From Gemmatales bacterium (GTDB lineage: Bacteria; Planctomycetota; Planctomycetia; Gemmatales; HRBIN36): 64,000 nt of DNA. Below are positions 1-9,802 of this stretch, piece by piece. The number at the start of each line of letters is the position of its first letter. Positions within the stretch are counted from its first letter, which is position 1. The translations under genes were made by a program, and so were the position numbers. The notes beneath the pieces are model-generated. The model ran no database searches, was not told the DNA's origin, and saw only the letters and a list, made by a program, of their open reading frames with translations. The DNA lies in assembly GCA_025060195.1 (NCBI GenBank), contig JANXCQ010000014.1, positions 13,829-77,828 of the forward strand, in the 5' to 3' direction.

Positions 1-941
1 TCCAACCCGAAGAGATACGCAGCGTTACCGTGGGATTTCGCATGCCGTTCTCAGAAACCGCACCGATGACCTGGAGCATGCCGCACGCCGACGGTCCTGG
101 CTCCGACCGCGAAGAGGCCCTCATGATTACGGGCGATCGCGTGCTCGTCGAATTACTGGCCGTGTTTCATTACCGTATCACGGATGCAAGGCGCTATTAC
201 TTTGCCATCGCCGACCCTGAAGGCTTACTTCGACGGGAAGCGGAAGCTGCCCTGCGCGATGTGGTCGCTCAGAGCGATTTGCTGAGTCTGCTTCTGACGG
301 CTCGGGACGAATTACAACAACAAACTTTTCGCCGACTCGTCCAGCGCTTGGGAAGTTTGCAGTTAGGTCTCGAGTTGCAAGCGGTCGCGATGCAGGACCT
401 GCACCCGCCGCCTGAAATTGTGGATGCCTACTATGACGTTACCCGTGCCCTATTGGAACGCAGCCGACGCATCACCGAGGCACATCGGGAGGCGGAACGA
501 GCCTTAGCGACGGCCCGGATGGAGGCGAGCAAGGTGTTGGCCCAGGCCGAAGCGGAATATCATGCGACTGTTCAACGCGCTTTGGCCGAAGCTCAGGCCG
601 TTCGGGAACTGGAAAGCTCGATTCGCCAGCCTTATGTTCGCGAACTGGTTTGGCCCAGTTGGCCTATTGGTCTCGCCGCTCATCCCGTAAGCGTGGCTGC
701 CGACTTGTATTGGGTCAGTCAGAACAATCATCACGACCCTGCGCTCCACTGGTCCTTAACGCGGCTGCGCTGGATGCTGGACTTGGCAGCGCAAACTCTC
801 AGCGGTAAGCCACGACTCCTCTACGACCCGCAAATTTCAGGACGCCTGCACTTGTTGCCCGACGTCTTGCGTCCGCGGATTGTCGTACCCAGCGAACCCC
901 TGCCGCCACGGCGTTCACTCGAGGAGAATCGGGAGAAATAG
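1..941 (+). CDS. SPFH/band-7 (HflK/HflC-like) protein, 5' end lies outside the window
   Basis: The frame of ORF 30..941 stays open back to nt 3, and the listed start is GTG. The text ...LMITGDRVLVELLAVFHYRITDARRYYFAIADPEGLLRREAEAALRDVV... is a central SPFH block, followed by an Ala/Glu/Arg-rich helical tail as in HflK/C proteins. Confidence 0.75.
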   Translation, partial: QPEEIRSVTVGFRMPFSETAPMTWSMPHADGPGSDREEALMITGDRVLVELLAVFHYRITDARRYYFAIADPEGLLRREAEAALRDVVAQSDLLSLLLTARDELQQQTFRRLVQRLGSLQLGLELQAVAMQDLHPPPEIVDAYYDVTRALLERSRRITEAHREAERALATARMEASKVLAQAEAEYHATVQRALAEAQAVRELESSIRQPYVRELVWPSWPIGLAAHPVSVAADLYWVSQNNHHDPALHWSLTRLRWMLDLAAQTLSGKPRLLYDPQISGRLHLLPDVLRPRIVVPSEPLPPRRSLEENREK

Positions 942-968
942 TCCGCCATATTCTTAGGAGCCTGGCCG

Positions 969-2099
969 ATGCGACGCGCACTGGTCATGGTCGCTTGTAC
1001 CGCTGCCGCACTGTGGTGCCTATATAGTGCCGTCATCTTCGTGGATCAAGGCGAGGTGGTCTATGTGACCCGCTTTGGCGAACACCGAGCCACCTATGAC
1101 GGCGAGCACGATGCAGGGCTACACTTCAAGTGGCCCTGGCCCATTGAAAGTATCCTGCGGCTGGATCGGCGCGTGCAGGTACTGGATATTCCGACCCAGG
1201 AGCTGCTCATTCGCACGGGTAGGCACAGCACTTCGTTCCAGGAGACGGAGCCACACTTCATCTCCAATCAGGATGCTCGCATGATGCCGCAGCAAGAAGC
1301 CCAAAGCCAGCAAGAGACGCCATTGCGCTTGACGTTCGACGTGTATGTGGTTTGGCGTATCGCTTCTCGGGATGAGCATTCGGTGGAGGCCCATCGTCGC
1401 GATCCTGTCAATGCCTTCCTGCGAAGTTTTGGTACACCGGAACGCGCCCAAGCTTGGTTACGTAACCAATTAATCAGCCGACTTAAGGTCGAGTTAGCCG
1501 GCCTAACGTATTCCCAACTGGTCAACACCAATCCCAACCAACGCACGGTGGAGACCGTGCTCCGGGACCTTCTCGACCGCCCTTACGAGCGGGAACCGGG
1601 CGACGCCCATCAATTGAGCCTACGCCAGCGTGCGCTTTTGTACGGCATTGAGTTAGTGGACGCGCAATTGCGACGCTTCAACCACCCAGTCCAGGTACGC
1701 AAGCAAATTTTCGAGCAGATCGCTGAGCAGCAACGTCGCCTCGCTCAACGGTTTCGCAATCAGGGCGAGGAGAAAGCCCAGGAAATTCGGGCTGCCAGCC
1801 TCAAGGAAGTGAGCAAGATTCGTACGGACGCAGAAACTCGCCGCCGTGCTTTGGAAAGCGAGGCCCAAAGCGAGGCTAACCGTATTCTCAATTCGGTCTA
1901 TCGCGAGGCTCCGTGGGCCTACGAGCTTTTGCTCTTTCTGGACTTTTATCGGGAATGGCTCGGCGACGGCCGCACGCAGATGATTCTTTCGCTCGACCAC
2001 CCCCTTTTGAAATGGCTCCGTGATCTGCCGAACCTAACACTTACGAATGAGGAGATCCGCCCAGCGAACCGGGCCCAGGATGTCCGATCGCAACGCTGA
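969..2099 (+). CDS. SPFH/band-7 domain protein (HflC-like)
   Basis: ATG at 969 is preceded by AGGAG (956-960). It has an N-terminal TM helix, then ...FVDQGEVVYVTRFGEHR...GLHFKWPWPIESI.. (the SPFH entry motif) and a C-terminal coiled coil rich in Q/R/E/A. Confidence 0.8.
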   Translation: MRRALVMVACTAAALWCLYSAVIFVDQGEVVYVTRFGEHRATYDGEHDAGLHFKWPWPIESILRLDRRVQVLDIPTQELLIRTGRHSTSFQETEPHFISNQDARMMPQQEAQSQQETPLRLTFDVYVVWRIASRDEHSVEAHRRDPVNAFLRSFGTPERAQAWLRNQLISRLKVELAGLTYSQLVNTNPNQRTVETVLRDLLDRPYEREPGDAHQLSLRQRALLYGIELVDAQLRRFNHPVQVRKQIFEQIAEQQRRLAQRFRNQGEEKAQEIRAASLKEVSKIRTDAETRRRALESEAQSEANRILNSVYREAPWAYELLLFLDFYREWLGDGRTQMILSLDHPLLKWLRDLPNLTLTNEEIRPANRAQDVRSQR

Positions 2100-2128
2100 C
2101 GCGGGCTTACGCAAACTGTCCTTACGCT

Positions 2129-3058
2129 GTGAGGACTCGAAGGATCAGCCCCATGCTCCGCTGGACCTTGAGCCTATTAATGCTCGGCTTACTAGGATAC
2201 TGTGCCACGGGCATCTTCCAGGTCAATGCGGGCGAATTGGCAGTCGTACAACGCTTCGGCCGAGTCTATCGTATCTGTGGCCCAGGACTTCACTTGGGCC
2301 TTCCTTGGGGACTTGACCGCGTAACCTACGTTCCCTTGCAGCAACAGGAAATCCACATCGGTTACCAGGCAGGCGAGGAACGCGTTCTCGAAGTAGCCCC
2401 ACCAGGTCAATTACTCACGGGCGATGACAACCTGGTGAACCTCCAGGCGACAGTGTTTTTCCGCCCTAACCCCGACGAGGTGGCCGACTACGTGCTCCAC
2501 CGCGAACGGATCGAGCCATTGATCGTGCGTGCTACGGAGGCGGCGTTAGCTGACGTCGTGGCTACGCAGCCGATTCAGGAGATTCTGCTCAACCGCGCAC
2601 GCCATCTGGAACCTGCCCTGCATCGTCGGCTCGTTGCTTATCTGCGACCTTATCGCTTGGGGGTCATCGTCGAAGCCGTCACTCTGGGCACGCCACAGCC
2701 TCCCGAAGAGGTTGCGGAAGAGTTTGAAGCCACGACCGTAGCGATGTCGCAAGCGGCCCGCTTGCTCGAGAGTACCCGCATGGAAGCGGAACTGGCCCGC
2801 TCCCGCGCTCGGCAAGAGGCTCAGGCTGTCCTGACTCAGGCAGAAAATGACAAACGCGAAAAGATCGCTCGAGCGCTGGCCCAAGCGTATCGCCATCGAG
2901 AATTGTGGCGCAGTTTGTCGGAGGCCCCCGACCCGCATCAGGCCGTACGGGCCTACTATGTCCGGGAGTTGGCCAAAATCCTCCGCACCCTACAATTACG
3001 GCGGCTCAGCGATGGGCCAGTGGATTTCTATCTGGTCGCTCCAAGTGAGGAACGCTAG
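2129..3058 (+). CDS. SPFH/band-7 domain protein (HflK-like)
   Basis: TM anchor followed by GIFQVNAGELAVVQRFGRVYRICGPGLHLGLPWGLDRV (SPFH start) and an A/E/R-rich helical tail. The listed start at 2129 is GTG. The ATG at 2153 (MLRWTLSLL..) behind AAGGA is an equally good start. Confidence 0.8.
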   Translation: MRTRRISPMLRWTLSLLMLGLLGYCATGIFQVNAGELAVVQRFGRVYRICGPGLHLGLPWGLDRVTYVPLQQQEIHIGYQAGEERVLEVAPPGQLLTGDDNLVNLQATVFFRPNPDEVADYVLHRERIEPLIVRATEAALADVVATQPIQEILLNRARHLEPALHRRLVAYLRPYRLGVIVEAVTLGTPQPPEEVAEEFEATTVAMSQAARLLESTRMEAELARSRARQEAQAVLTQAENDKREKIARALAQAYRHRELWRSLSEAPDPHQAVRAYYVRELAKILRTLQLRRLSDGPVDFYLVAPSEER

Positions 3059-3061
3059 CGA

Positions 3062-4456
3062 CTAAGCATAAAGCTCGATAGCCTTGATAATTTCATTGAG
3101 GTCGTTGGGCACCTGCACAGCACGGTTGGCAAAAGTAGGTCGGCGTACTCCCCGTTTACCTAACACTTCCTCAAACAGCTGCGGATCGGTGCTATGATAA
3201 GCCACCGTCGCATTCGGATCCTTGAGCTGGTGCCCTGTCAACACACACACGACTCGCTCATCCGCGCCAATCACACCTTCCAGACGCAACCGTTTTAGCC
3301 CCGCCACACTGGCAGCACTCGCCGGCTCACAACCTAAACCGTGCGCTCCCACTTGGGCCTTCGCATCCAGGATTTCCTGGTCCGTCACCTCGCGAACCAC
3401 TCCCTGACACCACTCCAAGGCGCGGAGGGCCTTCGGTAAATTCACAGGGTGGTTAATCTCAATCGCGCTGGCAATGGTAGAAGCCCGACGATGGTTCGCT
3501 TGCATCTCCTCGAAAAAACGTTCGACGTGTTCCTTGGGCCAGCGACCTCCATGCCAACGCACGCCGTGTTGCTCGTACAGTTGGTATAAGGTGTTTGCCC
3601 CCGCCGCATTGATCACTGCCAAACGTGGCAAGCGGCGAATCAGGCCCAGTTGGTGCAATTCAAAAAAGGCCTTTCCAAAGGCGCTCGCGTTGCCCAAGTT
3701 GCCGCCAGGTACCACGACCCAGTCCGGCACTTCCCAACTGAGTCCCTCCAACACGCGATACATAATCGTTTTCTGCCCTTCCAAACGAAATGGATTTATG
3801 CTGTTGACCAGATAGATTCCCAACTGTCGGCTGACCTGCTGCACCCGCTGCATTGCATCGTCGAAGTCGCCGGTAATCTGGATGGTCAAAGCGCCGTGAT
3901 CCAACGCCTGAGCCAGCTTCCCGTAGGCGATCTTGCCTGAACCGATAAAAATAATGGCGCGCATCAGACCCGTGGCTGAGCAATAGATCGCCAACGATGC
4001 ACTGGTATTGCCCGTTGAAGCACAAGCTGCACGCTGTGCTCCCACTAACCGAGCATGGGTAAACGCCGCGGTCATGCCGTTATCCTTGAAGCTGCCGGAG
4101 GGGTTGAGTCCCTCATACTGCAAATATAAACGGCCTGGATTCATATGGACATAACTGCATAATCCATCGGCCCGCTGCAGAATCGTCTGCCCCTCACCGA
4201 TGGTCATAACCCATCGGCGCTCTGCAAATGGTAGCAATTCCCGAAATCGCCAGACACCGCTCCACGCTAACGGATCGGCCCGCTCCGCCCACCGGCTCTC
4301 GAAAAACCGCAAAGAGTTCGGTACAGGTAACCGCGACCAATCGTACGCCACGTCCATGAGAGCTCCGCAGCGCGGACAAACGAACCGTGTGTCGTCCACC
4401 GACAAGCTGCCACCACACTCCGGCTGAATGCAGCGTTGATAAACGTACTCACCCAC
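3062..4456 (-). CDS. thrC: threonine synthase
   Basis: 464 aa with an N-terminal Cys4 ribbon (CIQPECG...CPRCG), the PLP-lysine motif [10 protein letters not shown] and the PLP-fold block GNTSASLA...VPGGNLGN. This is the layout of long-form threonine synthases. Confidence 0.9.
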   Translation of the reverse strand: MGEYVYQRCIQPECGGSLSVDDTRFVCPRCGALMDVAYDWSRLPVPNSLRFFESRWAERADPLAWSGVWRFRELLPFAERRWVMTIGEGQTILQRADGLCSYVHMNPGRLYLQYEGLNPSGSFKDNGMTAAFTHARLVGAQRAACASTGNTSASLAIYCSATGLMRAIIFIGSGKIAYGKLAQALDHGALTIQITGDFDDAMQRVQQVSRQLGIYLVNSINPFRLEGQKTIMYRVLEGLSWEVPDWVVVPGGNLGNASAFGKAFFELHQLGLIRRLPRLAVINAAGANTLYQLYEQHGVRWHGGRWPKEHVERFFEEMQANHRRASTIASAIEINHPVNLPKALRALEWCQGVVREVTDQEILDAKAQVGAHGLGCEPASAASVAGLKRLRLEGVIGADERVVCVLTGHQLKDPNATVAYHSTDPQLFEEVLGKRGVRRPTFANRAVQVPNDLNEIIKAIELYA

Positions 4457-6601
4457 TGTCTGCCTCCTGGGCCTGCCTGATCATCCTGGGATTAGCCCGC
4501 AGGTTCCCGCCTAGCAAGGTATCGAGGCCTCCAATCAGATAACTGCATCGCGTTATTCGCTGCCCATGTGCTGAGGTTTATGTTCGTAGTCACCATAATA
4601 ACTAAGACAACTCGCGGCTTCATGTGCCGATATGGCGTATGCTACCCGAGATTACCAAACGCGATTGCGGGCATTTCCACTACGGCCATCGCCGCGACTA
4701 AACTGGATTGGCGGCCGCTGCTTACTGCCAAGGGAAGCCATTCCTAAAGACTATATCTCCCATGGGCGGGAAACTCCGAGGCATATTTTCGACTCAAGCC
4801 GCTTTTCGTAACGCCGCCACCAGTAGAAGTATACGGCGAACAATAACGCCGGAGCACCGGATCTGAAGGGGATTCAGGGCCTCTAACTTTGCTCGGCCAG
4901 CAACGTCGCCTGCGATGGAGGGTGAGGAGCCAAGGACCGGGCAGTAGGACAAATTCGATTCGCTTGTAGTGCTCGGCGCAGTTACTTCTTCTTTACATCC
5001 AACCGTGTAGCGATACCGAACGCGAACGCTAATTGTCGTGTCAAGCTGCCCCGGTTACGGTGCCAATCAATCCGATCCCGATTCAACCACGTTTGGTCAC
5101 AGTACTTCTACGAGTAAGCATGCTGAATTCTTGCATACCCAGTTGCCAAATCCCGAAGCTGATTGGGAACAAGCCCAGCACTGGTAACAGCAAGTGGGGC
5201 CTCATGAACCGGCGCGTCAGCAAAAAGAATTGTCCTTTAGGTTTAATCGCAGCTAGTGTTCACTTTGGCGACCAAGACCTATGCTTCTTGGCGGTCATTC
5301 GATTTCAGTATCTGATGAGCGTACCCTAACCAGTATGAGCGCTCAACCAACGCAGGCAACCGAGTGATGGCGTGCGCCAGACCTACTCCGTCGCCCGAAG
5401 CGTTATTTATTCAGGACGTGACAAAATCATACCAAGTATACCCTCTGCCAAACTTACCGATCTACTCAAGCGGATTAGCTACGCGTGAACCCAACTAATA
5501 AATCTAACAAATCCACCCAACGTGGCCGCTTGGCGAGAAATGCGCCCAAGGCGGCGACCTCGCACCGACAAGAGGCTTAGGAGCCCATATGCTCGCCGAC
5601 CTGCGGATTATCCTTTTCGGCTTCTTTGCTCGTTTTGCTTAGCAATCCGCCCGATGCGAGCGATCCTTCACCCTGAGCAGGGCGCTCTTGTCGCCCTCAA
5701 TTAATCCACGGATTGGCTCTCCGCAAATCAAATTAACTGCTATGAAGGCCGCTAGAGAGGCCTTCTAATCGCATAGGGTAAATCGGATAGACTTTATCTA
5801 ATTGACTAAATATTTCAGCATAGCTTTGTGGCCCTGGAGCCAGTTAGTGTCTTTCAAAGCGATGCCTAAGAAGCCGACATTAAAACAAAAAACTGGTCGC
5901 GAGAGGTATGCCGCCATGCTACCGGGGGCCATTTGCGATTTGTGGGAAAACATGAGTAGGTAGTTTGTGGCCAATGGCGAGATGAAGGCAACATGAGTGC
6001 CCTGGGACGATTTCATCGTTTTGGGATGGCAGATATAAATAATGGCGCTAATGCGCGGCCATAGGTCACTAATAACTGCGTTATGGTTCACATTACAAAG
6101 GTCATAAATTTAGCCTTTGCGGGCAGATATTACTATCTCGACTAGTTTGGTAATGTTCCATGAAAGTTCGCCAATAGGGCAACGGTAATCGGTCTTATAA
6201 TAAACTGTCAAAACCGTGAATTGGCTCTAAGGTTTACCACCACCAAGCTCCTAAATTTGTCCGCGTGTTTGCTTCAGGGGGAGATGAGAATCTACAAGTC
6301 TCGTTTATGCATGGACTTGCGAAAACTTACCCAGTCGTTTGAGATGCCTGTCCTAAGGTAAAATAGGCGCCAACAAGGATCGGACCGTCGCAAAAGTTTT
6401 GCCTAGGGGCTGTCCCATCTTGCTCCAAAGCCATCCAGCCTTCATCGCAGCATGATCGCCGAGCGTGCGTTCACGCGCATCGAGCAAAGTCGGTCTGCTG
6501 TACAGAATCCCGCTAACCACAGAGCCCTAGGGGTGAGTCAATCGGTCAAATTTAGCGATTGATGGTCTCATACCCCAAGCGAGTAGAGTGGTTTAGATGA
6601 T

Positions 6602-6640
6602 CGGCGCTTCGGCGCTGGCAAGGGGCGACAGCCGGCTTGC
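6602..6640 (+). other. two adjacent tetraloop-capped hairpins (UUCG and GACA loops) in the leader upstream of the ExbB-like gene
   Basis: 6602-6617 is CGGCGC-UUCG-GCGCUG. 6618-6640 is GCAAG-G-GGC-GACA-GCC-GG-CUUGC. The special loops (UUCG, GNRA) exist only when read on the + strand. Confidence 0.3.
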
Positions 6641-6875
6641 TATCGAGGGGCGCCCATGTTCAGTATATTGATGACGGTCAACGCCTTTCAGTTTGATTCG
6701 GGCGGTCTTCGAGACCCCAACAGTTTCCCCCTCATTTCGCGGTGAAGCCGTTGAGCCCTTCGCAGCAAAGGTCGGCCTAAGCCATTGCCCAGTAAAGGTT
6801 TCTCTGGTACACTGCTTTAGGAGTAACATTTTCCATCTTTCTTTTGGGAATTTCTTACCTAGGGAGGTACGTACA

Positions 6876-7559
6876 ATGGAAGCCTTCTTGAACTTCGTCA
6901 GAGATCACTGGCATTTTGCAATAATCATGTTCGGGATGTCTTTTGCCGCGGTAGTTCTGTTGGTGTGGCGGATTTTGCTGAACATCCACAGTAAGACCAA
7001 CATGGATAAATTCTTACCGTTGTTGCAGGAAGCATTGAACAAGGGCGGTATCGAAGCGGCTTTGAAGTTGTGCAAGGCGCAACCGAAGTCGCAGGTAATT
7101 CCGAGCAGGTTGTTCGTCGCAGGCCTGGAGAATGCGCGTCAGGGGGCTGCGGCCATGCGTCGTGCCATGGCTTCGGCTATCGAACTGGACATTCTGCCCC
7201 GACTGAACTTTTTGCTGCCCCCCATCCTGGCCATCGGAAAGATTGCCACCATGGTCGGTTTGCTCGGAACCGTGATCAGCATGATCGGGACGTTCCAGAC
7301 GCTGGCACAATCGTCTGAGGGTCAGGCCGCGATGTCGCACGCTACGCGCGAAATCGGCTTGGCCTTGTTTGCGACGGCGTTGGGATTGCTCACGGCTATT
7401 CCGCTGGTGTTCGCGTATGTGCTGTTCAAAGCTTGGGTGCAAAACTTCGAGACGCAAATGAAGGCGCATGCGCAGAAGCTCATACTCCTGGTGCAAGCCC
7501 ACAAACAAGCAAAGGCTGGTCGTGCGGAGACCCGCAGTGGCGCCGCCGCTGCCAGTTGA
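6876..7559 (+). CDS. MotA/TolQ/ExbB proton-channel family protein
   Basis: I chose the ATG at 6876, 9 nt after AGGGAGG (6861-6867), over the far-upstream start at 6693. It has three TM segments, and ...LLGTVISMIGTF....IGLALFATALGLLTAIPLVFAYVLF is the conserved ExbB/TolQ C-terminal channel block. Confidence 0.85.
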   Translation: MEAFLNFVRDHWHFAIIMFGMSFAAVVLLVWRILLNIHSKTNMDKFLPLLQEALNKGGIEAALKLCKAQPKSQVIPSRLFVAGLENARQGAAAMRRAMASAIELDILPRLNFLLPPILAIGKIATMVGLLGTVISMIGTFQTLAQSSEGQAAMSHATREIGLALFATALGLLTAIPLVFAYVLFKAWVQNFETQMKAHAQKLILLVQAHKQAKAGRAETRSGAAAAS

Positions 7560-7607
7560 TGGGATGGTCGTAGAACGGTTGCGGCAATATCAGGTAGGGT
7601 CGAGGCC

Positions 7608-8321
7608 ATGTCCGATTACGTCACCGCCTGGGATGTCTGGCTTAGCGATCAAAATACCGTGTACACCGGTGTGCCCTTTTCTGCGGTCTGTGATTGGATC
7701 GTGGATGGCCGACTTCTGCCGCAGGACCGGGCCCGTCCTCATGGTAATGCCAACGCAGTTTGGCAACCGTTGACCCGCTACGAATGGTTTGCCCCTTATT
7801 TCGTCGCACAAACTGCTGCGGGCGGGTCGGATGACGCTGCGGAAGCCCACGAATCTGTCGAGTTGGGGCTAAAACTAAGGAAAGAGGAAGACGAAGGGGA
7901 AGTGGACTTGGTGCCGTTGATTGACATTAGTATGGTGCTTCTGATTTTCTTTACGATGATGCGGTTGATGAACGCAGCCCAAGGAGCGGCCCAATCACGA
8001 GCCGCCATTCCCACGCCTGAAGCCGAAAACGGTTACGTTGTCGAGAAGGCCGATATGATCACCATCGGCCTCCATGTGGACGAAAAAACACAGGCGTTGC
8101 AATACTATGTCAACGAGGAACCTGTGAATCCGAACAACGAGGAGCAGATGCTTTATCAATTGCGTTTGCTCTTGGAAAAGCGGGTGGGGGAGCCCCGCGT
8201 TATTTTGCGGGCCCACGAAAATCTGCCGACGAGTACCGTCAAGCACGTGCTGGCTCGCCTGCAGGAGCATGGTATCAAGACCATCGCGGGGGAAGTGCGC
8301 GATAAATATCGCAAGAGGTAG
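7608..8321 (+). CDS. ExbD/TolR-family protein with N-terminal GYF_2-like domain
   Basis: The core VDLVPLIDISMVLLIFF plus ...VILRAHENLPTSTVKHVLARLQEHGI matches the ExbD TM helix and periplasmic domain. The first ~65 aa (W.VW....VYTGVPFSAVCDWIVDGRLLPQD......WQPL) look like a GYF_2/DUF4339 module. Confidence 0.8.
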   Translation: MSDYVTAWDVWLSDQNTVYTGVPFSAVCDWIVDGRLLPQDRARPHGNANAVWQPLTRYEWFAPYFVAQTAAGGSDDAAEAHESVELGLKLRKEEDEGEVDLVPLIDISMVLLIFFTMMRLMNAAQGAAQSRAAIPTPEAENGYVVEKADMITIGLHVDEKTQALQYYVNEEPVNPNNEEQMLYQLRLLLEKRVGEPRVILRAHENLPTSTVKHVLARLQEHGIKTIAGEVRDKYRKR

Positions 8322-8323
8322 TT

Positions 8324-8944
8324 ATGACTTGGCGAGTGCGCCACGCGGGTTCGCCGACGAGTGTCTCGCTGAGCACTGAAGCGCTCGTAGAAGCGCTACG
8401 CGATGGGGTGTATGAGACCAGCGACGAAATTTTTGACTGGGAAGAGCGGCAATGGGTTCCCATTGAGGAACATCCCGAATTTGCAGAATTGGCCGAGGAG
8501 TTGGAATCCCTGGGCGAGAGTCATCATGAGGAAGAAGACGCCAGTCCCGATATGGTGCCCCTGATTGACGTGTGTCAGGTGTTGCTTGTGTTCTTCATTC
8601 TGACCATGACTTATTTGGAGTTGACGAAGGCGCTCATGTTGCCGCCAGTGCCTACTGATACGCCTGAGGCTATTCCCCGCGTCAGCCGTCAACAAGTGGA
8701 ACAGACCATGATCCGAATTCGTGCGGAGCGGCAAGGGAATCGCGAACTGGTGTTTGTCGATGGTCAGGAAGTGCCTTTGGAGGATCTAGTGAATGCGTTG
8801 ACTCGCATTGCTCGGCAAAGCCGGAAGAATGAGATTCTCCTGGAAGACCGTGGCGTGAGTTGGGGCACGACGGTGAAAATTCTAGATGCGGCCACCGGGG
8901 CGAACATTCGCAAAGTGCACTTTGCATTGTCGAGCAGCCCTTAG
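8324..8944 (+). CDS. ExbD/TolR-family protein with N-terminal GYF_2-like domain
   Basis: It starts 2 nt after the previous stop. The ExbD core is PDMVPLIDVCQVLLVFFIL ...ILLEDRGVSWGTTVKILDAA. The N-terminus is WRVRHAGSP..VSLSTEALVEALRDGVYETSDEIF..EERQWVPIEEHPEFAEL. Confidence 0.8.
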   Translation: MTWRVRHAGSPTSVSLSTEALVEALRDGVYETSDEIFDWEERQWVPIEEHPEFAELAEELESLGESHHEEEDASPDMVPLIDVCQVLLVFFILTMTYLELTKALMLPPVPTDTPEAIPRVSRQQVEQTMIRIRAERQGNRELVFVDGQEVPLEDLVNALTRIARQSRKNEILLEDRGVSWGTTVKILDAATGANIRKVHFALSSSP

Positions 8945-9010
8945 CGCTGATGACGAACGAAGCGATTCGCTCGGGAAACGTAAGGCTTCAGTTGTGGACG
9001 GTGTGTTCGG

Positions 9011-9802
9011 TTACCCGCCAAGCAGACGCCGCAGGAAACGCAAGCCTTCCTCAAGATCGCGCTGGGCAGTCAAGCCGGGTCGGCGTTTGAGAGACAGCCA
9101 GCCGCGGTAGCCAGCGTCCCGCAGCGCGTTAGTCAGGCCGACCCAGTCCACGTGTCCATGACCGAGAGGGACTTCCTGGGCGGGGTGTTGGCGTGAACCG
9201 CGTCGAGCTTCCCGCGCCTGAACGTAACATAGGTGCTCGTACAATGAGGCAACTGCTTCCTCGGGCTCGTAACCGTGGGCTACCAACGTCGCGGGGTCGA
9301 GGGAAATGCCTAGACCCCCTGATTGTAAACGTTCCAGCAGTTGCTTCCAGACCATGGGCGGGGTAGCTCCCGTTTCCAAAGCAAGCACAGAGCCGACACG
9401 CTCGCCGTATCTTCCTAAGGTGTGCAAGACGTCGGCTAGTGCTGTGTACTGAGGGGAGGCTGGGTCCTCGGGTAACGTGCCAGGGTCGAGTACTACAATC
9501 CGACTGTCTACATCATATGCCAGTTCCAGTGCCCGACGCACTAGGTCCATCCGTGCTTCCAGTCCCTCGGGCTGATCCAACCCTTTGGCCATGGGGACCC
9601 GCACTCCCGCCGCCTGGAGGTTATTCGCCTGCAAAAGATGGCGGAGTTCCCGACGACCACTTTGGCTGAGTTGGTCGGGCGCTAAGTCTCCTACCGCGTC
9701 CCATTCTGCCCCGTGTACGCCCCAATCCCGCAGCCGCTTGATGGCCTTGCGAAAAGATTCATTCAGCGACGGTATCGCTACAGCAAAGCGGAACCAACTC
9801 AT
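9011..9802 (-). CDS. sugar phosphate isomerase/epimerase family protein (xylose-isomerase-like TIM barrel)
   Basis: 263 aa. The pattern ...VVLDPG....ALETG....GISLDPATLVAHGY...HVQAREA... is typical of the AP_endonuc_2/TIM-barrel family. Confidence 0.7.
   Translation of the reverse strand: MSWFRFAVAIPSLNESFRKAIKRLRDWGVHGAEWDAVGDLAPDQLSQSGRRELRHLLQANNLQAAGVRVPMAKGLDQPEGLEARMDLVRRALELAYDVDSRIVVLDPGTLPEDPASPQYTALADVLHTLGRYGERVGSVLALETGATPPMVWKQLLERLQSGGLGISLDPATLVAHGYEPEEAVASLYEHLCYVQAREARRGSRQHPAQEVPLGHGHVDWVGLTNALRDAGYRGWLSLKRRPGLTAQRDLEEGLRFLRRLLGG

Noticed and set aside
6400-6875. Cobalamin riboswitch or Fur box upstream of the ExbB/ExbD module.
   Set aside because: I found no B12-box-like string, no AGGGAA...GGTG..A..CC core and no GATAATGATAATCATTATC-like 19-mer on inspection.
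4457-6875. Housekeeping RNAs (tmRNA, RNase P RNA, SRP/4.5S, tRNA-like ends) or an IS/MITE inside the ORF-poor island.
   Set aside because: I found no GGGGCTGA...TCCACCA ends, no GAGGAAAGTCCGGGC P4 string, no GGTCCGGAAGGAAGCAGC SRP core and no T-loop GGTTCGAATCC. I also found no terminal inverted repeats by eye. The short ORFs 5033-5329, 5522-5704 and 5798-6091 have no recognisable features and are not reported as genes.
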